The notes under the pieces: model-generated | What the model was told of the DNA's origin: nothing | Seen by the model: the letters and a program-made list of their open reading frames with translations, nothing else | Database searches by the model: none | Made by a program: the position numbers and the translations under genes | In this document: positions 12,101 through 22,794 of the stretch, in pieces | Layout: each line of letters opens with the position of its first letter | Numbering within the stretch: position 1 is the stretch's first letter | Assembly (NCBI GenBank): GCA_032718475.1 | Contig: JAUCBJ010003333.1 | Coordinates: 1 to 64,000, forward strand | DNA length: 64,000 nt | Source: Nemertoderma westbladi | Taxonomy: Eukaryota > Animalia > Xenacoelomorpha | Direction: 5' to 3'

Positions 12101-12920
12101 ACATATAAAGAGAACAGCAACCGACACATGTAGTGCCTATGAAATAGCATTAGATTCACTCCAAAACCACTTTAATGTAAGTCGCAATCGTTATATGTAA
12201 CCGGTCTCTTACCTTCAGAATATCAAGAAGATTGGGGTTTTATGATTATTTATCGATATTATCCAAATATAACAATATTCCATCAACTGATATAATTAAT
12301 AACCGACAGTAAATAGCAGTAAAATAATGTGGTGTTTGTATGAGATATGACCATATGACAAGTGTGATTCGTTTGATATGTTGCGTTTGACTTGTGACAT
12401 GAGATAACAGTTATACGTTTCTATGATCAAAGCCTACTAATGTTTTGCTAAAGCCTGAAACACAGAAATATTCCACAGCCGGTCTTCTGGCATCAGGAAA
12501 AAAGGTAAACATAAACCGTAATGCATTGCGCGATTTCCCGGAGGTTTCTGTACAAATAACATGAGAATCGCTCTGATTGGTTGACCGAACAAAGAAACAA
12601 AGGAAAAGTTACACATGTACATATCAGCTGTTAGATGTCGTCATGGTAACTACACTGTATCAAGAGGATTTTGGCTTATTGCGACATAAAATCGCTAGTT
12701 ATGTCCGCTAAAGTACACATACAGAAGAAATGGCTTTTTATATCCACTAAAACACCGGTACAGTAAGGAAACGGTTTTTTATGTCCGTTAAAACACCTAC
12801 AGAGTACTTTGCGGGAAAAATAACCAGCTAATTCCGCAAAAGCCTTTACAATATAACAACATAAAGTCTTATAATTCATTATTGATGTTTTGGGTGAATG
12901 AGTGGTATCATGTTATTACA

Positions 12921-13018
12921 ATGACGTCAGATGGAATCGAACTGGTGACCTCCGAGTTGGAAGTCTGACGCTCTAACCATTCCGCTAGAGGCTCAGGAAA
13001 AAGCTAAACCTGGAAATA
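12921..13018 (-). repeat. tRNA-derived SINE-like head or tRNA pseudogene, copy 1
   Basis: Minus strand has an A box (TAGCGGAATGG) and B box (GTTCGATTCC) with degenerate stems. A related copy lies at 51828-51925. Confidence 0.6.
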
Positions 13019-14380
13019 TACCTGATACCATGTATGTCCACAATTTACGTCTTCATGGCCGCCCATCTGTCGCTACCATCATCTACTGCCGCTGTGCTCA
13101 ATCCTACTAAAGTACTTTGCTGTCTTAAACCACTCACTACAATGAAACGCTAGTGTATACCAACCATGAACCCGCCACCGATCATCAGAGCAATTGGTGG
13201 CACATGAAATAATGTTTATTTATTGTTTCTGTTATAACACAGCGCTCCTTTCACTTGATTTTATACTTTAAATAAAATAAATTTTTGAAATCCAATAAAC
13301 ACAAGATTTGCTATTTGCGTTAATTTTAACGCAATAAAAAACAAAAAGGTGAAATTTTGAGTGAAACATAATGTGTAATGTTTCTTCTATAGTAGCCAGT
13401 AGGTGGTGTACACTTAATCTGACATTTAACAACATTACAGTCTTGTTTCTTAAGAATTAAATGGCCAGCCAGCATTTGAAATTACGGTATTAGTAATTTC
13501 TAATAGATTTATATTTGCCATGAAGCAACTAATTCAAGGGCTCTGATTGGAAGGCCCCTTCTCCCATCAATGACATTCAATATTATTATATTGTATTACT
13601 GTTGGAATTCGGTGGATTGCTGCGGCTGGTTTGTCTTTGTATACCGGTATACACGTATAGGCTTACACATACAGCTTACACATACACTAGTTAGGTCGCC
13701 TTGGTTTTAACCAAGGCGTCCTTTAATACAGGCCATGCAGCCGAGATTTAGGTAAAATTAGCCTAGGCTGAAAGTTTTACAATGGGCAAAATAGGAATTC
13801 CAATGAATATTATGGGTAGTAAGACAATGTTTGTATCTTATTAGTTGAAATATACCTCAGCAAGCAATATTTTGTAATTTATTATGTACTAATATTTAGA
13901 CATTTCAAATGGCGTCTAATCAAAAATCTTCTTAATAATATTATATTTATTTACTATAATTAACCATTCATTTTCATTTAATACTAATTGTACAAGGCAT
14001 GGCTTTGGTGGATATGGTGACATAATGGCGGTTACGTTTGGGTGGACCTGGTGACATGGTGCTGTAGCGGTGGTGTTATGGTTATGGACTTATGGTTATA
14101 AGATATATTATTACTTTATATTATTAGTAGGTACCTATACTTTTACTTTATATCATTGTCTAGTACTTTATGTTATTACTTTATTATTTATATATATATA
14201 TATTCGATTAAAAACTTATATTAACTTTGTTATTCATATTTTTATTTATTTTAATACGATTACCGACCCAATATTCCCCACCCCAGGGTGAAAACACATA
14301 AACCAAAATTAAACGTGTGACCCCCAGTAGATAAATATCTCAGTTGCAATTTAAAGAGTCTCTCCGAGCTCGGACTCAAC

Positions 14381-14642
14381 TTATGACCCCCCAGTAGAGA
14401 AATGTCTAGGTTTTAATGAGTCTCTCCGGGCTCTGAAGTACTGTGTGCTGTGCGGAATAAATAAATCCATGCTTCGGAGTATTGCAACTTGCCGATTAAT
14501 GTAAATAAAACGTTTATCAGTCTGCTGGTAATTACTCAGATAGCGAACAATCTCTTCAATTTCTGACCAGGCAAATGCGAGTTTTGGGTTCTTTATGAAT
14601 GGTATAGGCCTAGAAACTTTTGCCAACCCAAAATACGTTGTG
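14381..14642 (-). pseudogene. Decayed coding remnant (possibly transposase-derived) that was the target of BEL element A; continues beyond 35555
   Basis: The peptide FAWSEIEEIVRYL...FIYINRQVAIL lies next to the AAATT target duplication. The family assignment is a guess. Confidence 0.25.
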
Positions 14643-14647
14643 AAATT

Positions 14648-15195
14648 TGTGACGGGATCCGGGGATCCCGATTTATCCGGTGTATTCGCTTACGCGTCCC
14701 CGCCGCTAGTGAAAGAGTTTGTTATAGTTGTCGTTCCGATTGTTAATATAGATATGATGGCATAGTATAAAATGAGATAATATTGACAGATAGCACAGTT
14801 GATGTTTAGTTGAGGTTACCGGTAATAGTGATGGTAGCGGCAATGACGGTAACGAAAGTCACCGCTCTGCCCTCTAACTGTACTGGGATAACTGAATGAA
14901 ATGACACGGTTACTGGTAATATGTATTGCACAGTTGGCCGTATTGTGTCACTCAGTCGATGCCTTCCCCCCCATTGGCTAATATCCTACTTGTCACCCTT
15001 TGCCCCCCTCTGAAGTGCTTCCCTTCGCCCTTGCTATTCTCTCTCTGTCAGGGGTGTAACCCCTGGCCCCTATTGTACGTTTCTCCTTCCCACTTTATTG
15101 GGGTGACACGAGGTAGGGTAATCAACCTCGTGCTCCCAATATTGCTTAACGGCTCACTTTATGGGGTTTGGTGAGGCGGAATTGATTCGCTAACA
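14648..15195 (-). repeat. 3' LTR of element A (548 bp)
   Basis: Direct repeat of 35020-35550 with about 7 substitutions and a 17-bp indel. Adjacent to a polypurine tract (CTCCCCCCC on +). Confidence 0.95.
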
Positions 15196-15784
15196 CTCCC
15201 CCCCATGCTATCTTCCCGGTGAGAAGAAAGCATCAACCTCTAAGTGCGCTTCAATTCCGCTGGAACTCGATCTATTATCGGGTGTGGGGTGGAGTTATTT
15301 TTCTAGGAGTCGGCTTTCCAGGCCGCTCCCTATGGGTATGATATCACTACCCTCTGGCGTCTCGTGTCGGGCCGATCGTGCGCTTCTCTCACACAATTTT
15401 GTTTCCCCAACACTCTCACCACTCTAACTCCGCTCTCTGACTCAACTCGCTCTTATTCTCTCCCCACACCTGAATCGCACTCTTCTCTCTCGCCAACAGC
15501 TCTTCTCACTATCTCCTCCCTACTCTCTGCCACTCCCTAAGGCCCTAATCTCTAATGCTACCCCTGTGCTATCATATTATCTACCTACTACTCACTTGCT
15601 AACTATCTAACTCTCTTACTCTCTACTAACTCTCCGACTCTAACTAGCTCTACTAAGTCTAACTAACTCCTACTAATTCTCTACTAACCTCTAGCTCTAA
15701 CTCTACTAACCACTAACTCTACTCTCTGCTAAGTCTACTAACTCTTACCCTGTTACTACCTCTAACTCTGCTAACCACCTTTAT

Positions 15785-16545
15785 CTACGTGGCGCTTGTG
15801 GTGCCCACAACCATTCTACTACTACTTCCCTCTACGTGGCGCTTGCGGTGCCCACAACCACTCTACTACTACTTCTACTCTGCTACTAACTCTCTAATTC
15901 TACTAACTCTCTCTAACTCTTTAAGCCTACTAACTCTTACCAACTCTTCTACTACGTGGCGCTTAGGGTGCCCACAACCTTCTGCTACTACCTCCATCTA
16001 CGTGGCGCTTGCGGTGCCCACAACCACTCTACTACTACTTTAACTAAAACCCTCTAACCCCCTACTAACTCTAACTCTACTTAGTCTACCCCTTTCTACT
16101 CTTTATGTGGCGCTTGCGGTGCCCACAACCACTCTGTTACTACCTCTATCTACGTGGCGCTTGCGGTGCCCACAACCACCCTACTACTACTTTAACTAAA
16201 ACCCTCTAACTCCCTACTAACTCTAACTCTACTTAGTCTACCCCTTTCTACTCTCTACGTGGCGCTTGCGGTGCCCACAACCACTCTGTTACTACCTCTA
16301 TCTACGTGGTGCTTGCAGTGCCCACAACCACCCTACTACTACTTCCATCTACGTGGCGCTTCCGATGCCCACAACCTCTCTACTATCTGGTCCGTCTCTA
16401 CTACTCTACTACCTCTAACTCTCCACCATCTCTAACTCTACTAACCACCCACCTCCACTACTACCTCTATCTACGTGGCGCTTGCGGTGCCCACAACCAC
16501 TCTACTACTGCTTTCTACGTGGCGCTTACGGTGCCCACAACCCCC
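15785..16545 (-). repeat. Array of ~11 conserved ~28-bp motifs (CTACGTGGCGCTTGCGGTGCCCACAACC on +) in low-complexity spacers, 3' UTR of element A
   Basis: Motif read directly at ~15785, 15832, 15952, 15998, 16104, 16150, 16255, 16302, 16349, 16471 and 16515. Confidence 0.85.
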
Positions 16546-16769
16546 CTACTACTACTCGTGGCATGGCAATTTGCCACACTCCCTTACCCCGCCGCCTTCT
16601 AACTTACTTACTTCTACTAACTTATCTCCTGACTACTACTTACTATCTCTTCTAACTATTATTTAATTATTTTTATTATTTATTTTTAATTAAATAATTA
16701 ATTTTCTTGTGGGAAGGGCGTCTCGTCTCGCCCTCATTCCCACCCCCCTCAGTCCAAAACCTTGGACGA

Positions 16770-17345
16770 CTAAACTCTAAGGTGCCCCTTCTTCCAGTAG
16801 GCACTCTCCCACTGCCCTCCTATACGTCCTCTTACTCTTCGCCACACTTTCTTTGCCAATTCCACCTGACCAGGAATTGGCTCTCCCTCTTCCGCCACCT
16901 TATTAACTATCCCGTCTCCTGGCATCAAAATGCCAGCTCCCACCTTGTTGTCTCCCGGCGGCAGAATGAAAAGAAAGTGAAAGAGCAGGCAAAAAAGAAG
17001 GTACAATAATAGTCCTATCCCTTTCCATCCTGTCTTCCTTCTCGACTTCCCCATTGTCGGTATGCGTCCCAACCGGACCGGCGTCTCTTCCGGACACTCC
17101 TCCAGACACTCCTCCGGACTATTGTCCCCCTGACACTCCACCGGACACTCCTCCGGTTTGTCCTCCGGCGCCGCCCGCTCCTCTCCATCTCCATACCGAT
17201 GCTTGCTGGGAAATCCATTCTCCTCCGCCATCTCTCCTACGTCTACCTCCCTGTCTGGCTCTACTATCTCCCATTTCTCCTCTTCGTCCTCTGCGTCTAC
17301 GGTGCCTATGGTAACATGCACCCTGATGTCTCTGTCACACTGCAT
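16770..17345 (-). CDS. Acidic, PEEC-repeat ORF with a hydrophobic segment, occupying the pol position of element A
   Basis: 191-aa ORF containing KSRRKTGWK followed by IGLLLYLLFCLLFHFLFIL. Its 3' end rejoins sequence homologous to the end of B pol (16709-16795 vs 22717-22810). Confidence 0.4.
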   Translation of the reverse strand: MQCDRDIRVHVTIGTVDAEDEEEKWEIVEPDREVDVGEMAEENGFPSKHRYGDGEERAAPEDKPEECPVECQGDNSPEECLEECPEETPVRLGRIPTMGKSRRKTGWKGIGLLLYLLFCLLFHFLFILPPGDNKVGAGILMPGDGIVNKVAEEGEPIPGQVELAKKVWRRVRGRIGGQWESAYWKKGHLRV

Positions 17346-18031
17346 GGGATCTTGGTTTTAACTGGGCCGCTAAGCGTCCATCCGAATGGCGTGAGGATCG
17401 CCGTCGGGTCCCGCTGCCTGTCTTCGCCGAAGACCGTCTGTGTTCTCTCGTGGGCCGTCGGGCAGTCCATTCCTACTATAATAGACACCTTCCTAACATC
17501 CACCTTTGGTATTGAGAAATCGATACCGTCCAGGAATCTATACTGCTCGACCTCAATGTTGGTTGGTCGCCTGGCGTTGATATTTATCGATTCTATGACG
17601 TGGATGGGGTCGATCGTCGCCCCATAGTCGCATCCCGGTGCAATCGCTGCTATCCTGCACCGCCCCGTCCTCGTCTCCAGGACCTCATCTTTACTCAAGA
17701 CGGTAGTTACCGCCATTCTATTCGGCCTCGTCTTTAGCCCTATCTCTTCGGCCACCCAGTTCTCCACCAGCGTGAAGGCTGCTCCGCTGTCGACCAGCAT
17801 TAATGTCGTTACTGATCGACCGCCCTCTCCTGATATCTTTACTGGTACTACCCCGAGTAGTACTTTTCTCTTCTTCTCCTCTTCTGTCATGCTTGTAGCC
17901 ATTGTTTGGCCTCCAGTCTCCTCCTCTCTTGCTGCTGTTTCTCTACACTCTCCGGGTCTGTGTCCTTCTACCACACATCGATGACATAGTCCATTTGCGT
18001 CTGTGTAGGCTATACGATCTTGTTTGGGCAA
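17306..18031 (-). CDS. Element A Gag zinc knuckle plus aspartic protease (distal half of gag split by element B)
   Basis: CHRCVVEGHRPGEC, LMLVDSGAAFT, IIVGMD, AILTPFGWTLSGP. Joins WQALP at ~31996 across the GGCAA TSD. Confidence 0.85.
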   Translation of the reverse strand: MPKQDRIAYTDANGLCHRCVVEGHRPGECRETAAREEETGGQTMATSMTEEEKKRKVLLGVVPVKISGEGGRSVTTLMLVDSGAAFTLVENWVAEEIGLKTRPNRMAVTTVLSKDEVLETRTGRCRIAAIAPGCDYGATIDPIHVIESININARRPTNIEVEQYRFLDGIDFSIPKVDVRKVSIIVGMDCPTAHERTQTVFGEDRQRDPTAILTPFGWTLSGPVKTKIPCSVTETSGCMLP

Positions 18032-20202
18032 TGTGACGGGATCCAAGGGGGATCCCGATTTATCCGGTTGTGGTAATTTAGTCCACGCGTCCCCGCCGTG
18101 TATAAGGATGAAATAAAGTGACTGAGTTCTGAAGTTCGGTGTATAATAGGAGGTTATAAGATATAGATATATTGTGAATGTGTACAAGGCGGGATACGGT
18201 AACTAAAGTCCCGTGATCCCCTAACTAAACTAATTGGCTGTACCCTACGCTAGCACTGCTGCACTTGAGATAACTGAATCACTGATTAATAGGTTATTGG
18301 TTATATTGCACGGTGGCCTTACTGCTACTCAATCGATGCCATTCCCCCCTCTGATTGGTTAATACCCTTGTTGGCCCTTGTTGTCAAAGTAATACGGCAT
18401 TTTAGGCTATTACTAGCGAAACCTGTTGTGTAATAAATTAGAATTACGCATTCTGGAACTCTTAGTAATTAGTACGCTGTTACATATTTGTGACTGTAAT
18501 TGATTAGTAAAATTAAGAATTAGTACGCAGCATAGCGGAGAGTAGCTAAGGTAATAATTTAGAGTACCGTAAACTATTCACGCTGAGCGGTTATTTGCAT
18601 TAGCGGGCAATAAGCTAGATCGCAGTAGTCAGTACGCAAGACACTAGTAGATTGCTGGCCTAAAGCCAGCTGCAGGCAAGTTTAGACCCAGAGCGGTATC
18701 ACCTACGAAAGACAGTGTACTGTACCAATTTTTTTGATTATTTTAAATATTCTCGCATTCACACATTCCGTTAGGGAACCGGAACCCCCAGTATTCGCGA
18801 TTAGAAAAGACGTAGGCAATAGCGTGCTTCAATAGTGGTAAAATTAGGCGTAAGAATACTCTGAGTGCAAAGCCCCTCGCACTCGTCTTAAGTAAGCTTA
18901 GGGAGCCGACTCGGGTTTATTGTTTTGGTTATTCCTGCGTGGCTCATAGATTCGAACAGTTAGCTCTCTATCGAGCGATCGGTAGAGAAAGGAACAAGCG
19001 ATTTTGCAGGAGCCGTGTAAATTTAGTAAAATATATTAGCGGACGGCAGATTAGCGCCATCCAACGGTAAGTAGCGGTTTTGTATTTAGCAGCCTTTACA
19101 ATTTAGTAATAGCACGCTCCTGATCCCCTTTACTTAATAGTAGAGCAGTCTTTATGTCTTATTGGTTAGGCGAGAACTCATTAGGTTGGCAGAGAAGTAT
19201 ACGGGTATTTGTCTGTTCAACAGTTCTGCTGTCAGTATAGGGGTCGCAGTTGTTTAACAGAGTCAATTAAACGTAAACAATGAAACGATTGCGATGGACA
19301 ACTGAGTGTCTATTCAATCCATAACGATACGATGGCAATGGAGTCTATTACAGTATTAAACACGCAACCAGCAACCAAAGTGATCAGACGATGGCGAGGT
19401 AATCTACAAAACACATAATGACAGGAAGGCGACGGAGTTTATTAAACCCAGTAAGATGGTGCATAGCGAAGCGATCGAGACGGATAACGGAGTCTATCAC
19501 AGTATTAAACCTGGAACGAAGACAGTGGAGTCTGTGTTCCAGGCCTAACTAAACCTAGAACAATGCGAACAAGGCTACCGGTACTGTAAAGTTAGACTAG
19601 ACTGGTTTGTGAGATTAACTTGCCAATACTAACTCAATACAATTTGCTTTCTTCGAATTCCTAATAATATTTTAATCTTAATAATAATTATTCAACATCA
19701 ATTATTTTATAAGTAGTATGTATAAGTAGTATTTTATAAGTACGAGTACGCATATCGGAGGAGACTATACCACATAGACCTCAGGTAAGGACGCCTGTCC
19801 CGAATATCCATAATCCCAATTTCGAAAACTCAGCCGAGAAATTTATACAAGATGCTTGGGTCAGGGCCTCGGCGCGCAAACCAACACGAGCGCTAAGGAC
19901 TGACACCGAGTCAAGCGATGAAGAGGAAGACATGAGACGTCAGAAGTCCCGAAACTATAAGGAAAGAAGGACGGACGCGGAGCAGGTAAGTTTTAATCCC
20001 CGGGAAAGGACCACGTGGAGTATTCCCGTTCACTCCACCTGTTCTCTGGGTTAGGGGTTTGGCCCCTGACCCTCTATTGTGTGCTTCCTTCCCATTCTTA
20101 TTGGGATGGCGTGAGTTGGTTAATTACCCAATCTCGCGGCTCCCAATATTGCTTATCGGCTAATAACTTTATGGGGTGTTGGCGGGATTGAATAAGCTAA
20201 CA
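18032..20202 (-). repeat. 3' LTR of element B, split by a ~1.64-kb insertion
   Basis: 18032-18375 and ~20014-20202 match the 5' LTR at 31454-31990. Confidence 0.9.
18376..20013. mobile_element. Unclassified ~1.64-kb insertion (LTR/leader-like) inside the 3' LTR of B
   Basis: Absent from the 5' LTR. Starts near TGTTGTC after a CCCTTGTTG micro-duplication; no clean TSD; weak internal GGAGTCT...CAGTATTAAAC repeats. Confidence 0.55.
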
Positions 20203-20580
20203 CTCCCCCCCATGCTATCTTCCCGGTAAGAAGATAGCATCAACCAAAAAAGTGCGCTACAATCCCGCTGGATCCCGATCTAGTATCGGGTGTGGGGTGG
20301 AAATCTTTTCTCTCGGAGTCGGCTTTCTGGGCCGCTCCCTCTGGGTATGATAACGCTACCCTTTACGCCTGGCGTCTCATGTCGGGCCGATCGCGCTCAC
20401 CTCTTCACGCGATTTTTGTTTCCCCAACACTTTCGCCCTATCTCACCTTCACTCTCACCCTAACTCTCTCATACCCCCGGACCTCCTCGTCCCTCACTCA
20501 GCCTCTTATTCTCCCCTCCCCACACTAGAATTGCGTTCGCACTCTCTCCGCACTTCACTCTATCACTTCGATCCTCAACC

Positions 20581-21306
20581 TCACTTCGACTGTTTTATCT
20601 TTCCTGACGAACCTCCCCCCCCTCTCGTGCCGTCGCACTCGAGAAGTGTGAAATTGTCAGTTGTCTCGTCCATAGTGCCATAGTCAATTGTCCCCCAGTC
20701 CCAGTAGCTAATTGAGAAAGGTTGCATGACTATAGTAGATCCCACTTTCGTCGTCGACTTCTCTCTTACTAAGACCTGTACCGCTTTCGGCAGTCGGTCT
20801 AATTTCGGCCCGTCCTTCTTCCCGTACGTCCCTAGGTCGAATAAGAAGATGTCCCCATTTGGCGCTGCCAAATGCAAGAGTATGGTCCTGGCCGACCCTG
20901 CCGTTCCTCGTCTCGAACCCGCTTCGTCTTCCACGGTCCCCTCGTCATCTAGGATCATATATCCTCCTCTGTTGACGGACTCTATGAATCTTTTCCAGTC
21001 CTTTCTCGGCGATTCCCTCGGATACTTCGGAATCCCGAACTTCGCCTCGTCTCCTTTCACTACGTAGTGGAAGTGTTGGAAGATCGCGTTGTCCAGCGAC
21101 GGCGTCCCGTAGGTCCCGACCAACCGCTGTTCGTGCGCCTCCCGGAAGTGATCCTGCAGCGCTCGTGCCGCGTGACCCCTTTCCAACCTCTCGTAGTATC
21201 CTCTCGTCTTCTCCTCCGGGTGTCTTTCGGTGAAATCCACCAATATTTCTTTTCCTCCTGACTCCGCCTTTCTCTTCCTGATCAGCTTACTCGCCATTCC
21301 GAACAC
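20581..21306 (-). CDS. Extra ORF of element B: DEDDy (WRN/RNase D/EXD-type) 3'-5' exonuclease-like domain, C-terminally truncated
   Basis: ILDDEGT (ExoI D-x-E), then TILLHLAAPNGDIFLFDL and LPKAVQVLVREKSTTKVG, matching the LLQLA..G..FLFD and LP..L..LL......KVG pattern. First ATG at 21297. Confidence 0.68.
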   Translation of the reverse strand: MFGMASKLIRKRKAESGGKEILVDFTERHPEEKTRGYYERLERGHAARALQDHFREAHEQRLVGTYGTPSLDNAIFQHFHYVVKGDEAKFGIPKYPRESPRKDWKRFIESVNRGGYMILDDEGTVEDEAGSRRGTAGSARTILLHLAAPNGDIFLFDLGTYGKKDGPKLDRLPKAVQVLVREKSTTKVGSTIVMQPFSISYWDWGTIDYGTMDETTDNFTLLECDGTRGGGGSSGKIKQSK

Positions 21307-21799
21307 TACACTCGCTCACCTGCAGGGTGGTGCCTTACCAAGGCGCAATACAGATGAGTGATGTATTGAGATGTTTCCTACAGTTCGATAATGGCCTACT
21401 TTTCTACTTAACTGCGCCTTTCAAGCTTAATTTAATCTAATTAATTTCGGAGCTAGTAAATCAGCCTAATTTACAATTTCCGTCCGTTACTTTTATTATG
21501 TTCTAGAACGACTTTCTTTGTGTTACCACTATTTTTCGATTTTTAGCCCTATTTTATTTATTTTATTTGATTCTACTGTCCTAGTACTTACTACTGCCTA
21601 TGGATTTATTCTATTCTCTCTCTGATCCATATTCTGGCCTACTCAGTGGGCCTATGCAGTACAGCAGTATGCGTCGTGTGGCCACACGATTTATCCAGCT
21701 GCACTCATATGCCCCCCTCTCGCTACTAACTCTACTTACTGCTAACTAATATCTATATCCTATTTTACCCCTTTTACCTCTCACTCTCTCTCTCTAACT

Positions 21800-22686
21800 A
21801 ATGGTACTACGTACCCTCTAACTCTAACTCTGACTAGGTACCACGTACCTACTAACTCTAACTCTATCGGTACTACCTACCCTCTAACTCTAACTCTAAC
21901 TAGGCATTACGCACCCTCTAACTCTAACTCTAACTAATGGTACTACGTACCCTCTAACTCTAACTCTAACTAGGCATTACGCACCCTCTAACTCTAACTC
22001 TATCGGTACTACCTACCCTCTAACCCTAACTCTAACTAGGCATTACGCACCCTCTAACTCTAACTCTAACTAATGGTACTACGTACCCTCTAACTCTAAC
22101 TCTAACTAGGCATTACGCACCCTCTAACTCTAACTCTATCGGTACTACCTACCCTCTAACTCTAACTCTAACTAGGCATTACGTACCCTCTAACTCTAAC
22201 TCTAACTAGGCACTACGTACCTACTAACTCTCTAACTATCGGTACTACGTACCCTCTAACTCTAACTCTACCTAGGTACTACGTACCTACTAACTCTAAC
22301 TCTATCGGTACTACCTACCCTCTAACTCTAACTCTAACTAGGCATTACGTACCCTCTAACTCTAACTAGGTACTACGTACCCTCTAACTCTAACTCTAAC
22401 TAGGTACTACGTACCTACTAACTAACTAAGTCTAGGTACTACGTACCTATCAACTAACTAACTCTAGGTACTACGTACCTATCAACTAACTAACTCTAGG
22501 TACTACGTACCTACTAACTAACTAACTCTAGGTACTACGTACCTATCAACTAACTAACTCTAGGTACTACGTACCTACTAACTAACTAACTCTAGGTACT
22601 ACGTACCTACTAACTAACTAACTCTAGGTACTACGTACCTACTGACTAACTAACTCTAGGTACTACGTACCTACTAACTAACTAAC
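21800..22686 (-). repeat. Tandem array between pol and the extra ORF of element B (CTCTAA runs with GGTACTACGTACC/GGCATTACGCACC cores; 28-bp units at the right end)
   Basis: Directly visible tandem units. AGGTAC-TAC-GTACCT is a small hairpin. Confidence 0.9.
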
Positions 22687-22794
22687 TTTTATTTATTTTT
22701 ATTTTATTTTATTTGTGTGGGAAGGGCGTCTCGCCCTCAATCCCACCCCCCTCAGTCCAAAACTTGGACGACTAAACTTCACACTAACTCTAAT

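Noticed and set aside
11945-12126. 5' LTR of BEL element 1 (TGT...ACA segment)
   Set aside because: No second copy, PBS or TSD could be found in the window.
12921-13018. Functional tRNA gene (also 51828-51925)
   Set aside because: Acceptor, anticodon and T stems do not pair properly; more consistent with a SINE head or pseudogene.
15785-16545. CRISPR-like repeat-spacer array
   Set aside because: Spacers are low-complexity and duplicated, and the array lies inside an LTR retrotransposon UTR.
17306-18187. 293-aa ORF as a real protein starting MYTFTIYL
   Set aside because: The first ~52 codons come from B's LTR fused by insertion to A's gag; the same peptide appears at 31391-31609.
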